From contig NC_042999.1 in assembly GCF_006345805.1 (NCBI RefSeq), positions 38,130,001-38,194,000 of the forward strand: DNA of 64,000 nt. The letters run 5' to 3'. This document shows, one piece after another, positions 11,570-25,556 of the stretch. The stretch is from Octopus sinensis. Its lineage: Eukaryota. Position numbers and translations under genes: made by a program. How positions within the stretch are numbered: position 1 is the first letter of the stretch; every line of letters begins with the position of its first letter. The notes beneath the pieces were generated by a model. It was not told where the DNA came from, ran no database searches, and saw nothing but the letters and a program-made list of their open reading frames with translations.

Positions 11570-13033
11570 CGCGCATGCGTCGGTTTATTCCCTGTGTTGA
11601 TTATTGACGAGACATACGGAATTTTGGGAGCTGCTTCGCAGCTGTTTGTCGGTGCGTGCTGTACTAGTGGAAAGGAATGTATTCGGACATTAGCGAGTAT
11701 GAACTATCCTCAGCAGACGAGATGCTCGTTAAGGCGGTAAACAGAATGGACGAACATTTGGAAAGAATAAAGTGTTTTGGTGAGGCTGCAGAGGTAAAGA
11801 ACAGGGAAGTGGGCCTAATCGGACTGATGAAGCTGTCAGAGAAGGTGGGCAGTGATGTAAAGTTATTACCTCGAAAAAGGTTATGGTAAATATGGAAAAG
11901 AAGACCATTACCTATAAAGTGCACTCAGTGGAGAGTAGGAAGGTGGAGTGGATGGAGATGGAAAAAGTAGAAAAAGATCTGAAGGGGCTTTCGAGGTAAG
12001 TGAGATATATAGCGAAAGGAAACGGATATGGGACGGTGGTTGTCCAGTTTAGGACTGCGGAGGAGGGAAAGAGGCTGGCGAGTACAACTGTAAAAACGGA
12101 GGCACTAGTACTTCTACCCATGTACCTTGGAAGAAAGACTTCAAAGGCAAGGGTAGAATGCATTCCACCTGATATAGAAGTGGCTTGGGTTGCGGCAACC
12201 GTCCTCGTTGGAAGTGAGGAGGAGGTGGCTGTCCTCCAAGCCACAGAGACGTAGGAATGAGGATAAATATTGGAAATTATCATACAAGCGGAGTCGAAGC
12301 ACTTGAAAAATTTTGGGGAAACGGTGAGGTTGGGAGAAATAGTATTGAGAGTATGGGTAGAGGGCAGAGTTCCGCGATGCTTTAAATGTGGCCATAAAGG
12401 CCACATTAGAGCACACCGCACTCTACAGAAGAAAACAATAGATGAAACAAAAGATGAACCAGTTGTGGAGACGAGGAGAAAAAAGTGGAAGAAAAGAAAG
12501 ACGGAAGAAAGGAGAAAGAATGGATAGTAACAGAGAGAAGTGGAAGAAAAGATCACTGAGTGTGATGTGGTACCCCTGTCAAACTCCATCCCAGCCAAGA
12601 CCACTCAGACCCACCCACCCTATGCATACACCAGACCCACTCACTCCGTTAACCCACAGGAAAAAACGAAACGAAAGAAAAAGACACCACAGAATGTAGA
12701 AGACCCCCTCCCCCGGTGAAAAAGGTTACGAAAGAATGTTATCATTGAGCGATAGCGTGAGTGGAAATAGAAGGACTAGACTAGAGACTAAAGAAGAATT
12801 ATGACTCACAGGCAGCGAGTGGTGTTACGCAGTGAGGTGAGTAGCACACTCTTCATATTTTTATTTTGAGATATCGTGCATGTTATCATAACCTTAATTT
12901 ACATTCTCATGTTCATTTTCATGTCACTCATAGTATCGTATTTTATTTTTACATATTTTTGATTGTTATATGTCACCACATGATTTGTAGTGTCCCCTCT
13001 ATGTTATGCCTTTATGGCAAAAATATTGAAATA
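11570..13033 (+). mobile_element. ORF1-only Tx1/L1-derived retroelement with 14-bp TSD
   Basis: AAGAAGCTTGCTTC at 11556-11569 and 13034-13047. One frame, 11892-12527 with stops, resembles ORF1 at 41.8-42.2 kb and includes PRCFKCGHKGH. No EN or RT; ends in AATAAA. Confidence 0.75.
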
Positions 13034-13260
13034 AAGAAGCTTGCTTCTCCACTACACATGTGCGAGTCAGTGTAGTGTTTGGCACTCAAGCTGTCAAGAT
13101 GTGCTTTTGAAGCCGTCTTGAATTGAAGAATTTTGAAACTCCGCTGTAAGGTTAAACTATTATTTTTGGGGTTCAGTCGGGTTTATTGTTTGCGGTAATA
13201 ATTTATTTTTGTACAAACAAGTAGTCCTCACTGGATTCTAAACTCTAGTCTGCCTGCAGT

Positions 13261-13480
13261 GGAGTGAATATTTTTTCTCACTTAATTGTAAGAAATTTTG
13301 TTTGGAGGCATATCCCACTTCCAAGTTAGTAGTTCATGTTAAGTGAATATTTTTTCTCACTTAATTGTGAAAATTGTTGATTGGAGGCGTATCGTGCTTC
13401 CTAAAAATATGTTCACTTTTTGTGAATTTTTAAAATAATTGTGAGAAATGCTGTTTTGGGGGAGTGTCTTTGCCTCCGAA
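13261..13480. repeat. Degenerate ~82-bp tandem repeat (2-3 units)
   Basis: GTGAATATTTTTTCTCACTTAATTGT...TTGGAGGC recurs at 13264 and 13343, with a weaker third unit. Confidence 0.7.
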
Positions 13481-15502
13481 GAATGAACGAGTTGTATACC
13501 AGTTTTTGGGGAAGTTGTGTTCCAGTTTTAGCGTTCCGGGTTCGACCTTGAACGGGAGTACCTAGTGGCCGAAAGATTTTTTGCTGTGTTTTTGAATACA
13601 GGCTGCAGGACCAAGCGGAGGAACTGCTACCTATATAACTTTTAGAGTTTCAAAAGGGGAAATTGGAATTAATCGTTTTATTTCCCCCAGTTACTTGGTA
13701 TATCGTGTATTATTCTTGTTCAGGTTATGCATAATGTAAGGAAGAATATTAATTGGTAGCTGCTACTTGGTATTGTGACGCAGCTCGTTTTTCTTGGTGA
13801 AGAAGTGTTGTTGAGTGTGTGTGATCTTTCAGTATGGGATCTAATCAAAGCTTCACACTGACCAAGGTTTTGAGAATTGAATGAAGGTAACTCTTGCGCA
13901 ATATTTTCGAGATATTTCTTTTTTGGTTGCAATAATAAACACGGTTCTATGAAATTGATTTTCGCTTGACACTTCGCTTGACACTAAGTAGTTGACATTA
14001 TATTACAACAGAAATATTCCAGCATTTTGTCCACAGAGATATGATTGAGATAACCTGCTCTCTAAGAATCTGAATCGTTACGCATAATATATGTATGTTT
14101 TGCAGTACAACTGGCTAGTTAACGAAACGCATCTTTACCGACTAGCTCATTTTCCTTAGTCGGAAGAAGAATACTTTTACTTGTAATAATTTGTCATAGA
14201 TTGACTGTCTTCTACTAAGTCAGCATTTTATTGCTACATGAAATGCTGACAAAAGTATGGTTAGTTGTAACGGTTACATTTAGCTACATTTCGGATATAA
14301 ATTAATGCTGAATAAAATCTAATATGTGTGCTATAATATATTCAACGCCCTCATGCAGATTACATTGCGTAGCTGAATTATCTTTCTAATTGTGCGTCGT
14401 TAGTATTTCATCTGTAATTGTACAGCAGTATAGAAAGTTTAAGCAATATGCGTGAAGAATATCTTTAATAATTACAACTCATATTATTGGATTGAAGTAC
14501 ACTAATAATAATTGATATTTGACATAGTCATATTACGAAACAAACCAAGCTACTCTGTTTGCGCGTGACTATAAAAAGCGGCAGAAATATATTTTCAAAT
14601 TCTACACTGCCTCAGTGATAGAAGGGCTATATTCAATAATATCGCACTGCGTGTCCATATAATACAGGAGAGTCATTGATGGAATACTTGTGATCAAAAG
14701 TCTGTTTCACCAGTGACCACATAGTGCTAAACACCACGACCAGAGCTACCATCACCAGATCTAATAACACCAACAATAGTTACAACAACATTGATAACAA
14801 ACTACACCATTTCATAACCGTTGGGAAGGAAGATAATTTTTAAGAGTTTCATTATATATAAAATATCAAGTTACAAATATATCAGTTTCAAATTTTAGCA
14901 CAAAGCCAGCAATATCGAGGGAGAGGGCTATTGATTATAGTGGCTCTAGTGTTCAACCAATACTTACTTTAGTGTATTTTTTGCTATTTTCATTAACTTC
15001 CAAGATACATAACGATCAATAGCAAAATGTATTTACAGCTAAGGACTTCAAATTCATGGCAAGATTTCCAGAAACAATGTTTCTGTAAATCTGGAAATGA
15101 CTGTACTTATAGAATTTTCTCTTGCGTAGTAAATACCATTACTGATAAATAACAGCAATTATCGTCGAACCGAAAACTCTCTGCAAAATTAAAATCTAAA
15201 CGAGAATTTTAATTAGTTTTTCTTCCCAGTGTAATTGATATACAATTTGATTCATATTATATCTTCTCAAATCTATATTTATGCTTTCAATCAGCATTTA
15301 CATCTTAGCTCTGTTTTAATTATAACGTTGTATTTAATTGTTTTCAAAGCACATGATCTGAAATTTACAAAACTAAAAGTGTGAAATATAAATCTATAGT
15401 TAGCCCCCTTTATTTTAGGATCTTATAACTTTTCTATAACTTTTCTAGTTAAAAAGAAAATTACAAAAATCGATTTTTTAACATAAATTTTTGTTAACAT
15501 AT

Positions 15503-15660
15503 GGGCAAAGAATGGGCTGTGTGGTGAAGTGGCTCGCTTTGTAACTGCGAGGTTTCAGGCTCTGCCCTATTGCGCTGCATCTTGAGCCATTGATTTCTAC
15601 TGTAACTACGATCCGATCAATGCTTTAGGTGTGAATTTGGTTGACGGAAGCGGCGTCCGA
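15503..15660 (+). mobile_element. Decayed SINE head (20616 family)
   Basis: GGCTGTGTGGTGAAG...GTGAATTTGGTTGACGGAAG similarity. Confidence 0.55.
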
Positions 15661-15690
15661 AGACAATCGGGCGAATACAATCTCCATTCA

Positions 15691-16139
15691 TACATTCAAG
15701 TATTTGAACTCACGTGGCACTAGAAAATAGCCTCGGCTTCCTCATCACATATTACCATGATAGAGACCCCAACCCGTAGTGTTGAAGTCTGCGTTGCAAC
15801 TGATTCGTTTTGCGTCGAAATCATAGCATAATTTCAATACGGAGCAAATAATTCACGAGAAAAAGATAATTCACGGAAAAATAATTTGCCAAGATACCAT
15901 TGACTCTGTTATTATCTAGTGTAAAAATTATGATTTTATGAATTATTTTTTTTCTCGGGAATTATTTGCTCCGTATTGAAATCATTTTCACACTAGTGGC
16001 AGCTATGATTTCGGCACAAAACGAATCAGTTACAGCGCAGACTTCAACAAGACGGATTGGGAATCTCTATCAAGGTAGCACCTGGTGATGAAGCTGAAGC
16101 TATTTGCCAGTGCCACGTGAGTCGAAATACTTGAATGTA
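15691..16139. mobile_element. Fold-back / MITE-like element with long imperfect inverted arms
   Basis: TACATTCAAGTATTTGAACTCACGTGGCACT pairs with 16109-16139; inner ATTTCAATACGGAGCAAATAATTC pairs with 15958-15981. An extra inverted piece of the interior lies at 16329-16405. Confidence 0.75.
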
Positions 16140-16403
16140 CGCTAGACTTCGGACGGGAGATTATCAGTATATTTCGGCGATTTAAATCGGAGTTTTGACT
16201 GTTATTTCCTGCAGGTGGATATACTTAGTATGTCCTTTGATTAATTTTAATCCTTCAGCTATTTAATGGTTTTTGGGAGGCCTGCAACCGCCTATATTAT
16301 TGATTCTGTTATTATCATTTTAGAATTATTACACTAGATAATAATGGTATCTTTGCAAATTATTTTGTCGTGAATTATATTTTTCTTGTGAATTATTTGC
16401 TCT

Positions 16404-16463
<60 letters not shown>

Positions 16464-17959
16464 GCACTCACACATGCATACGCGCGCACACAAACACACA
16501 TTTAAACGTATCTGAAAGTAACATACATACGTATATTCATACACTCGGACTCGCACACATATCTTTCTAACTACCTGAATTTATGTTTGGAAGACATTTT
16601 TATTTGTAAGAGTTAATATATCTACGCCATTTATAAGTAAACATTTATATAACTTTGCATATAACCAAACAAATATAGTTGTGCAAAGTGTGCGTGTATG
16701 TGTGTATCTGAATATAATAATCTTGCACGATGTTCAGCGGAATGTCTGTATATGTGTATAAATGTTGGTAAACGAAAAGAAGTGAATGAAGATGATTATA
16801 GAGTAGAGCGAAAAGGACTGGTCGGGGTTAGAGGAAATGAAAAAGACAGTAATGATATATAGGCCATAAGAGACGAACGTTACTGTCACGGAGGAACATA
16901 TACATTTTTCAAACTTATAACTTAGTTTCGTTATTTTTGGCAATTGGAATGTTTTCAAAAATTTCCCAACTTTTCGACAAGACGTATAATTTAATACTTA
17001 TTCTATAATTGAATTTATTTATATATATAATCAATATTTGCACACGTATTACTAAGGTTTCTGTCTTGTAATCCATCTATCCCATCATCTCATCATTCTA
17101 CCAACTAAAGTCTTGCAAGATGATGAAGGTTGGTGTTATAGCGTTCTGTTCTTATATTCTTTACTACCCAATTCTGTAAAAATAAGCCACATCTCTTGAA
17201 TAACAGAAATGTACTTCTCTTATATCTACACATACACACGCACACACACACACACACACACACATACACACACACACAAACACACACACACATACTCATG
17301 CAAACAAACAAAAAATATAACACAGTAACACGACAAATAGTTATAGTACGTTTGACTTTCATACAGTTATTCAGGTGTATTTGTATTTCTATGAGTAATC
17401 AACTGTATTCAGTATTATTCACAGTTGTATTCACAGCTGAATCCATGTAAAATTTGATTCAGTTATTTCTTAATCAATTCAATCTTTAAATAGTAGGTCA
17501 CTTGTACATTCTAATATCAGTTGCAATGAGTGTGAATGCTGAGGTGTAAAATAACTGTTCCTAGTGACATTTGACTCCGAAACGGTTGTACAGTTTTAAG
17601 GTTGAAATGGCCTAATTTCGAAATGATACTTCTCTAAGAATACATAATATAGTATCTATATTTTTTTACTATAATTCCTGAAATTTTGGAGGAGTGGCCA
17701 GTATATGATATCAATAAAATAGGAGCTAGTACTCAAATGACTCTTATTTTATTGACCCTAAATAATCATAAACAATTTTGCGCGGGTCGAATTTGGACTT
17801 AGAGCGTTGCGGATAGAAATGGCACCTAGCATATTAAGTGTCGAGTTAACCAATGTATCAGTTTCTTCTGATAAATTGAAAGGGAAGAAAAAAATGTGTC
17901 GTAGCAGAAAAGGAACAAAAAACAGAACAAAACAAGAGCAATGTACTCTTGTTTATTAC

Positions 17960-18058
17960 CTTTATCGGTATTCATAGTCAAAACTTGAAACTGTGGATAA
18001 CATAAATAATATTCTGCCTTTCTTTCAGCTGAATATAATTTTAATCTTCGAAGGAAAC
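17960..18058 (-). CDS. Candidate 99-bp phase-1 exon of an unidentified host gene
   Basis: Acceptor tttttaatag|G, donor AAAG|gtaata, open frame (G)FLRRLKLYSAERKAEYYLCYPQFQVLTMNTDK; no homology recognised. Confidence 0.4.
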
Positions 18059-18253
18059 CTATTAAAAAATTAAGATTTATTGAAACGTTTTTCATTTACG
18101 TTTCCTTAATATACGACTCAAGAGAGATAAATATGATTTATCTAGTTTGTAACTATTATCGCTAAAGAGAAAATATAAAAAGATGAATGACCTATATTTT
18201 GAATGAAGTAGAAAATATTTGAATAAACTTTTCTAAATTAGGGCTGATGTATC

Positions 18254-18324
<71 letters not shown>

Positions 18325-18403
18325 ATATATATATATATATATATGTATATATGTAAGTATGATTAAGACAGAGTGAGGGCGAAAGGGGGAGAGGGAGACC
18401 GAA

Positions 18404-18444
<41 letters not shown>

Positions 18445-19792
18445 TAAAGTATACTTACTTCATCACTATAGATATTATCATAGACATAGTTGTAGTGTCA
18501 ATTGAAAGAACATTTTGTTGGCGACAGCGCTCTTTAGTCGTATTTTATTAATTATTATTTATTTTTTTGCAATTTTTGCATTTCTTTGCACGTGAATGTA
18601 GTTTTAGACAACCGTCGTTATGGCCCTTACTTGAGAACTACCTCCTGCAGAAAACATGGCACCACACATTTTCTATGGCAGTGGTTGTGGTGGTGGTAGT
18701 GGTAAGATTGTATTTTAATTAAGTTCAAGATGAGTTTGAAAATGATTTAGCTCAGAATTAAAAATAGATTTAAAAACAATACTCTCGTAATTTTTCTTTT
18801 ATCATAATGATTTTTATAACCAGGTTGAATATGAATTAAAGAAGAAAGAACCTGAAGTTAATCTATCATAATCTAGAGTTGAAATTTTACTTGTTGTGAA
18901 GTGTGAGTTTATATATGAAAAAATAACGTGTTAGAAATATTGAACTTAATCTCCTTTAAATCACGCCATATTGGTGTCTTGTTGTTAAATAGCACGATAA
19001 ATAATAACTATAAACTAAACTAGGTATATAATATACCTATAAAGGAGCAAACGGAGGGGGGGTGCAATGGGGTTCGGCTGTTTGCTTTATCAGATCTGTG
19101 TTGTGTTGTAAATAACAAATTATCATTACACAATCACTCGCAATAGGACTTCAAGAACTGATCCTCTATGCGGTGGATCAATTTCCTAGAGATGGAAGCC
19201 AAATCTTGATCTGTTCCAAAATTTTCGCCTTAAAATGTTATATAAATTACTGAGACCTAGATTCGCAAAACCTAGAAACAAGAGAAGCTATAAAAACCTG
19301 TGATCATAGATCTGGTTGATCAAAGCCGACCTGAGGTTATACATCAAGAGCAGAAACTAATAATTATCTTTTTGATCCAGACAGGATAAAAGCTGATTTG
19401 TTTTAATGGGAAAATTCAACACAAAATGCAGACGCAACACCCATTTCCTACAGTACTCTCTACAATTTTAGCATGCAATAATGCTATAAAAAATCATTAG
19501 TTTGAAAAAATTGGCAAGTATTGACGCTCGATATTACAACGAATCTGCTATGAGTTTTCAGTTCATATTTGATGTAGGTTCATTTCTCTTACGTTCTTTT
19601 ATCTTTATCTTTTTTGGAAAGAAGATATGCTGGTTACATGATATATCACATATCCTAAAAACACCATAAAGTCTTGTATCTACACAAAAGGTATTACTTA
19701 AAGATTTTATAAATCACGAGAGAGGGAGAAGGAGAGGAAGAAATAGAGAGAAAGTTGCTTATTGTATTAATATTTCAATGTTAGCAAAATAT

Positions 19793-20030
19793 CGGCGCAG
19801 GCGTGGCAGAGCGAATAGGTAAAGGCGTAGCTTTGTGGTAAAAAAATTGCATCCCAACCATATGGTTCTGAGTTCAGTCCCACTGTGTGGCACATTGAGC
19901 AATGCCACCTGCTATCGCAAAGCCTTGTCAAGGTGACAAGGCTTTGCGATAGCAGGTGCCATTGCGATAGCAGGTGCCATTGCCCAAGACTTGTGAGTGG
20001 ATGTGGTAGACGAAAAGTCAATGTGTCTGT

Positions 20031-20067
<37 letters not shown>

Positions 20068-20780
20068 CTGTGTTTGTCCTTCCACCGCTTGACAACCAAC
20101 GTTGTGTTTCGACCCCGTAAATCAGCGGTTCGGCAAAAATAGAGTGACTGTGTGGTAAGTAGCTTGCTTACCAACCACATGGTTCCGGGTTCAGTCCCAC
20201 CTTGGGTAAGTGTCTTCTACTAGTGCCACGGGCCGACCAAAGCCTTGTGATTGTATTTGGTAGACGGAAATTGAAAGAAGCCCGTCGTATATATCTATAT
20301 ATATGTGTGTATGTACGTGTGTGTATATGTTTGTGTGTCTGTGTTTGTCCCCCCAACATCGCTCAACAACCGATGCTTGCGTGTTTACGTCCCCGTAACT
20401 TAGAGGTTCGGTGAAAGAGAATGATAAAATGAGTACTAATCTTACAAATAATAAGTCCTAGGATCGATTTGCTCGTGCCCCAGCATGGCCACAGTCAAAT
20501 GAGTGAAACAAGTGAAAGTTAAATATACTTTGTTAACAAGGTGTTGTTTCTGTTCAGAATATAAGGTGAATCTGTTTTTGTACAAGTGTGAAAGAAGCAT
20601 TCTAATTATGAACAAGGCGCAGGAGTGGCTGTGTGGTAAGTAGCTTGCTAAACAACCACATGGTTCCGGGTTCAGTCCCACTGCGTGGCATCTTGGGCAA
20701 GTGTCTTCTGCTATAGCCCCGGGCCGACCAATGCCTTGTGAGTGGATTTAGTAGACAGAAACTGAAAGAAGCCTGTCATA

Positions 20781-20825
<45 letters not shown>

Positions 20826-21036
20826 TTGTGTGCCTGTGTTTGTCCCCCTAGCATTGCTTGACAACCGTTGCTGGTGTGTTTACGTCCTCGTCACTTAGCG
20901 GTTCGGCAAAAGAGACTGATAGAATAAGTACTGGGCTTACAAAGAATAATCCCGGGGTCGATTTGCTCGACTAAAGGTGGTGCTCCAGCATGGCCGCAGT
21001 CAAATGACTGAAACAAGTAAAAGAGTAAAGAGTAAC
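19793..21036 (+). mobile_element. Three tandem tRNA-derived SINEs with internal (TA)/(TG) microsatellite
   Basis: Units start at ~19793, ~20145 and 20616. The best copy, 20616-21036, has head, CORE-like block, internal (TA)n and the tail GGTGGTGCTCCAGCATGGCCGCAGTC...GAAAC. Confidence 0.85.
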
Positions 21037-21822
21037 CCATTCATTATATTGGAAAATGTACCAGGCTCCTCATTCTCCAGCATTCCAGTCTTTGCTAAGA
21101 AAACGGAATGTTATACGAAATTGATTTAGATGCTAGATTACAGAATGGAGCAACAGCATACCGGCGCCCTCATTTTGTTTTTAAAGAGATATGTACCGGT
21201 TTATAAGACTGAATGGACTTTCTACGTAGCCACTTGATCTCATATAGTAAATATCCCTATGACCCTGAAGTACCCCTTCTGTAATATAGTTAAGTATGTT
21301 TCATAATAACCCGAAAAATATGTCTGAAAAACTACACAGAATGATCAGAAGTGAAAACCTTTTATTACCAACAAACTACTACTTTGGTATCGTACTAAAC
21401 ATGACTGGCGTTAGTAAATGAACTGGTCCCAACTCAGATCTCTCGAAACCGCATTTTAGGGTAAGATAAGCTACTTTTAGTCTTTTACTATAAAGACATC
21501 ATATATATTCGTTTTTAAACTACAGGATATGTTTACTCTATTGAAAACAGGATGCAGCTGTCTGCAAGGAAATTCAACTTAAGATGTATCTATTTAACAA
21601 AAAACTAATAGCGATGATCTCTGAATAAACTTCGTTTATTGGCACTATATAAATTTATTCTTCATTAGTTTGGTCATTTCTAAATAGTGAAGCAAATCAC
21701 CTCTGACATACAATATCCTGTGAACAAAATATATTTATCATTATGACATTTACCTGCTGTTAAATAAACGTCTGTCTGGTAAATAATAGACCTTCTTATT
21801 CAGAACTTAGAATATAACATAA

Positions 21823-21954
<132 letters not shown>

Positions 21955-21960
<6 letters not shown>

Positions 21961-22110
21961 GACATCGAAAAATACCTTAGGAATGAGAACCCAGGTTCGA
22001 AATTTACCCAAGACACCTGATGAAGACTAGAGGGTATATCAACCGAAATGTTCTGTTATCAATCATCAAGATGAGTTCAAATATCCGTCAAATGTAAATA
22101 ATGTAAATGA
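21955..22110 (+). mobile_element. Short hammerhead-bearing repeat (family H3), degenerate copy
   Basis: Aligns with 31155-31290; CTGATGA 22017-22023 and GAAA 22045-22048 are present, but stems I and II are broken. Confidence 0.7.
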
Positions 22111-22129
22111 AATCTTCATCATTTAAGGC

Positions 22130-22950
22130 CAAAGTAGGGTGTTTCCTTGCTTCCTCTTCTGCGGCTAATCCTACCTCTAAAGTGGCGTATCGCTTCCGTC
22201 TTGCAACGTAAATCTTTCGTTCTACATCCGACGTAGACATTTTTCAATGTATTGCTGTGTCACCCGTTCTAACGATGTTTTAATCCTATTGTCTTACATG
22301 CTATTGTTTTTCTCAATGTTTTCTATACAATGGCTTCGAGATTCTCGAGGGTAACCCTTCTCCCATTTCTATTTAAAATGCTTTCTGAATCCTTTAAAAT
22401 GTTATTCGACAAATTTACATTTTGTGCTCGATGTACCGCTGCTGCGAAACCGTTAACGCTCGATCTGTGGATTTTGTCGTTTTCAGTGACTGTTGTCTGT
22501 AATGGTGGTAGCGGTGGTGTTTGAATTTGCCCGTGTTATTCAAGAAGAATGCCATTTTCTTATTTTCCCATCTTTTCCTTGTTTCTTGTTGTTGTTGCTT
22601 TGTTTGGCTTTTGTTATTGTGGTTGTGGTAATGGTGCACTTGTTTTCGCGGAATTTTTCTTTCACGTTTTTGTCGGTGTTGGTCATGTTGTTGCTGTTTG
22701 TTCTGCTGGTTCTGCTGCTGTTACTTGTTTCCATGCTTTCTTAGATCAGTGAAGGAAGTTTGACTGCGAAAGCCAATTTTACATTCAAAACAACGTCGCA
22801 CCATCTTCCCTTTTCTCTTTAGCGAAATATAGGGTGGTCCGGAAGTCTTGTCATCCCCTACCGAAAAGTAATAAGAACCATAGAGCATCAATATAATAAT
22901 ATCGAATACATGTACTGGTTTTAGTATATCCCATATATTTGCTTTCATGT
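22130..22950 (-). pseudogene. Possible decayed Tx1-type ORF1 fragment
   Basis: KGKMVRRCFEC followed by a T/P/K/Q-rich linker, as in the other ORF1 copies; many stops. Confidence 0.3.
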
Positions 22951-22954
22951 CTTG

Positions 22955-23201
22955 TGAAAGGTACGAGAGTCCTGTTTGCTGGACATTGTTGTAGAGCTGA
23001 AAAAGAGATAATTTCTACTCTTCTCCTCTGGAAGCCATCTACTCGCAGTACCAGAGGGCGCACACTCTCCTACCCTGATGTAATCTCCAGGGATACAGGC
23101 ATCCAGCAACAGGACCTCCGTAATGCCATGATGGACCGTGAAGTCTGGCGTAGCATAGTAAATTCCATTGTCTCGACACAGTCGAACAATGATGATGATG
23201 A
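22955..23201 (+). mobile_element. RTE-type LINE 3' end
   Basis: FAGHCCRAEKEIISTLLLWKP...RGRTLSYPD...AMMDREVWR, then a (GAT)n tail. Confidence 0.8.
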
Positions 23202-23997
23202 TTTAGTATGTCCACTTTCATTAACGCTGCCATTCATCGAGGACTGTATGAACACCATCTTTGTCGTGGCACAAAATGATGCGGCGCAATGTCCTATGTG
23301 ATATTTTACGAAGCTGTTGGTATTCATAGACTTCTCGATGTGCGACAGTATCAATGAAAGTGAATATACTAAAACCTGTAATGTATTTGATATTATTATA
23401 TTGTCCCCCTATTATCTTGTTACTTTGTATAATGAAAAATTACCTTGTGTTCTTTGGGTCCACAGTTCATATTTTCAACTGGAGGCATAGTCTAGACATA
23501 CTGTTCTACTCAAAATGAACAGATTCCTCGATACTTTCTCCTAGGAGGAAGAGCATATTGTTGAAACGAGACATTCATACGTTTCCAAATATATTTCTGA
23601 AACATGGGGATTGGCATCCACTTACATGTAAAATATTTACTTGGATTTAAATTCTCAAGGCGCTAACATTCAACAATTGCAGAGTTCAATATAAAATACA
23701 TTTTAACCATCATTTAAGGAGAAACAGAAAGTTCATGGTTTTGTATGTCATGTCTACTGGCAATATCTTTCATTCAATTGTTCAAATGGAAACAAAATCT
23801 GATACTGTTTTGATTTTTAAATTATTCATTTACCTATCTTAATTAGAATCCATGTCTTGGATAAATAAATGACTGAATAGCATGAGCACGCATTTATCTT
23901 TATTATTTATTTATAAACTATGTTTGAATATAAAAAATACAACTACTTCATAATGCGAATTAAGCGCCTGTGTTCAAGTCCACTCTATATGGACAAT

Positions 23998-24150
23998 TTT
24001 TACGCTCCGAGTTCAAATTCCGCCGAGGTCGACTTTGTTATTAATCACTTCGGAGTCGATAAAATAAGTACCAGTGGAGCACCGGGGTCAATGAAATCGA
24101 ATGACTCCCTCCCCCAAAATAGCAGGCCTTGTACTAAAATTTGAAACTGA
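23998..24150 (+). mobile_element. SINE fragment (53101 family)
   Basis: GAGTTCAAATTCCGCCGAGGTCGACTTTG...GTCGATAAAATAAGTACCAG. Confidence 0.75.
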
Positions 24151-25556
24151 TTATATGGAGAGTTAGTAAAATACTTAGACGGACAAAATTGTTCAGCAGA
24201 ATTGTTGGCTTTTTATGTTCTGCGTTTAAATCAGGTCAGCTGTGCCTTTCATCGATAAACTTCAATATCATTGAAGAAGTGGGGTCAATGCAATCGAATG
24301 CTCTCCTCACGTCTAAATTCTAAACCTGTGCTTAAATTAGAGACATATGAAGTAACTGGTTCTTATAGGTTGATCGGTCTTTACGGATTGATATGTTTCG
24401 GAGGTTTGTAGGATAGTAATGAACTGAGATTGCACTGATCGTAGTATATGACAAATATACATTATTGCTGGATATTATATCATCACCATATAGATGAAAT
24501 AAAATATGACTTTACAAGACGCAGAACTCAAAATACGTAAAGCAACAGTTATGCAGTGTAGGATATTTTACTACCATATCTTTCATTTATACAATCTCGT
24601 TAAAAATTTTGAAAGAAATACCTTCTATATTAAGATAAACAAAAATGAAAAATGAGGTTATCATACATTATCAACAGTATATTAGGCGTCATTTAACGCA
24701 TTTTGAAACCGTTAAGCATCCTCAGATTGCTATACAGTAGTTGATAATTTGTTCTTCAACGCTCGCTGCACATTACCATTACTTAGCAAAAAGCTTTCGG
24801 TCATTAAATGTGCAATCATATTAAAACTGTGCGTGATAGCGAGATCGTCAAACACGATTTGCCTGAAGCATATTTCAGATAGTGATATTTCTAGAAGTAA
24901 ATGAGATGTGTGCATTGATTTATACGATTATCAGATTGTACTTTACAGATTCCTCGGGGAGAAAGAATCACAAACCGTTGCATTTATCGGCGGTCATTTT
25001 TACGAAATTTGCCGAGGTCTGTTGATTTGTTCCAGCATGGAATCATGTAATTAAAAACGATATGATAAAATATTTGAAGTTTATTGATTGTTATTAATTA
25101 AATATTAATTTTAGTAAAATTGTTTTTGTAAAGTAAACTTGCTATGAAACATCTTTCTCTATAATGCTTATTACATCAACATTTGTATTGTGATTTCTTG
25201 AAAACAAGACAATAGACGGGGTAAATAAAAACGTTCACTAATATTTTACTAAAACACAGTAAAACTTTAATTACAGACACTCTGCATGAACAAACGGTAA
25301 ATTGTTTTCAAATATAATTGGAAAAGGCTGAGCAAAAGCGTACAGCTGTTTCCTTTTACTTAGAGCCGCACGAAGATGCATCATCTCTGCTTGCAGATGA
25401 CTTGAAATAAAAAAAGTGAGGAACCTCTATTCAGTATCACGTTCTGTACTAGTTTAAAAATGGGCTTGATTTACTGACGAACACTAACTAATTAAGGAAG
25501 AAGGTTATTTCAGTGTTTGAATTGTAAAACACAGTAGAGATTATGAAAAATGTAGA

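Noticed and set aside
11912-12604. 230-aa minus-strand ORF
   Set aside because: Antisense of the purine-rich ORF1 remnant.
18631-18644. 14-bp micro-exon-like segment with strong splice sites
   Set aside because: The frame needed to join the 18058 candidate exon contains a stop.
24949-25016. Plus-strand 68-bp open segment after an acceptor-like site
   Set aside because: Weak donor, no recognisable protein, no partner exons.
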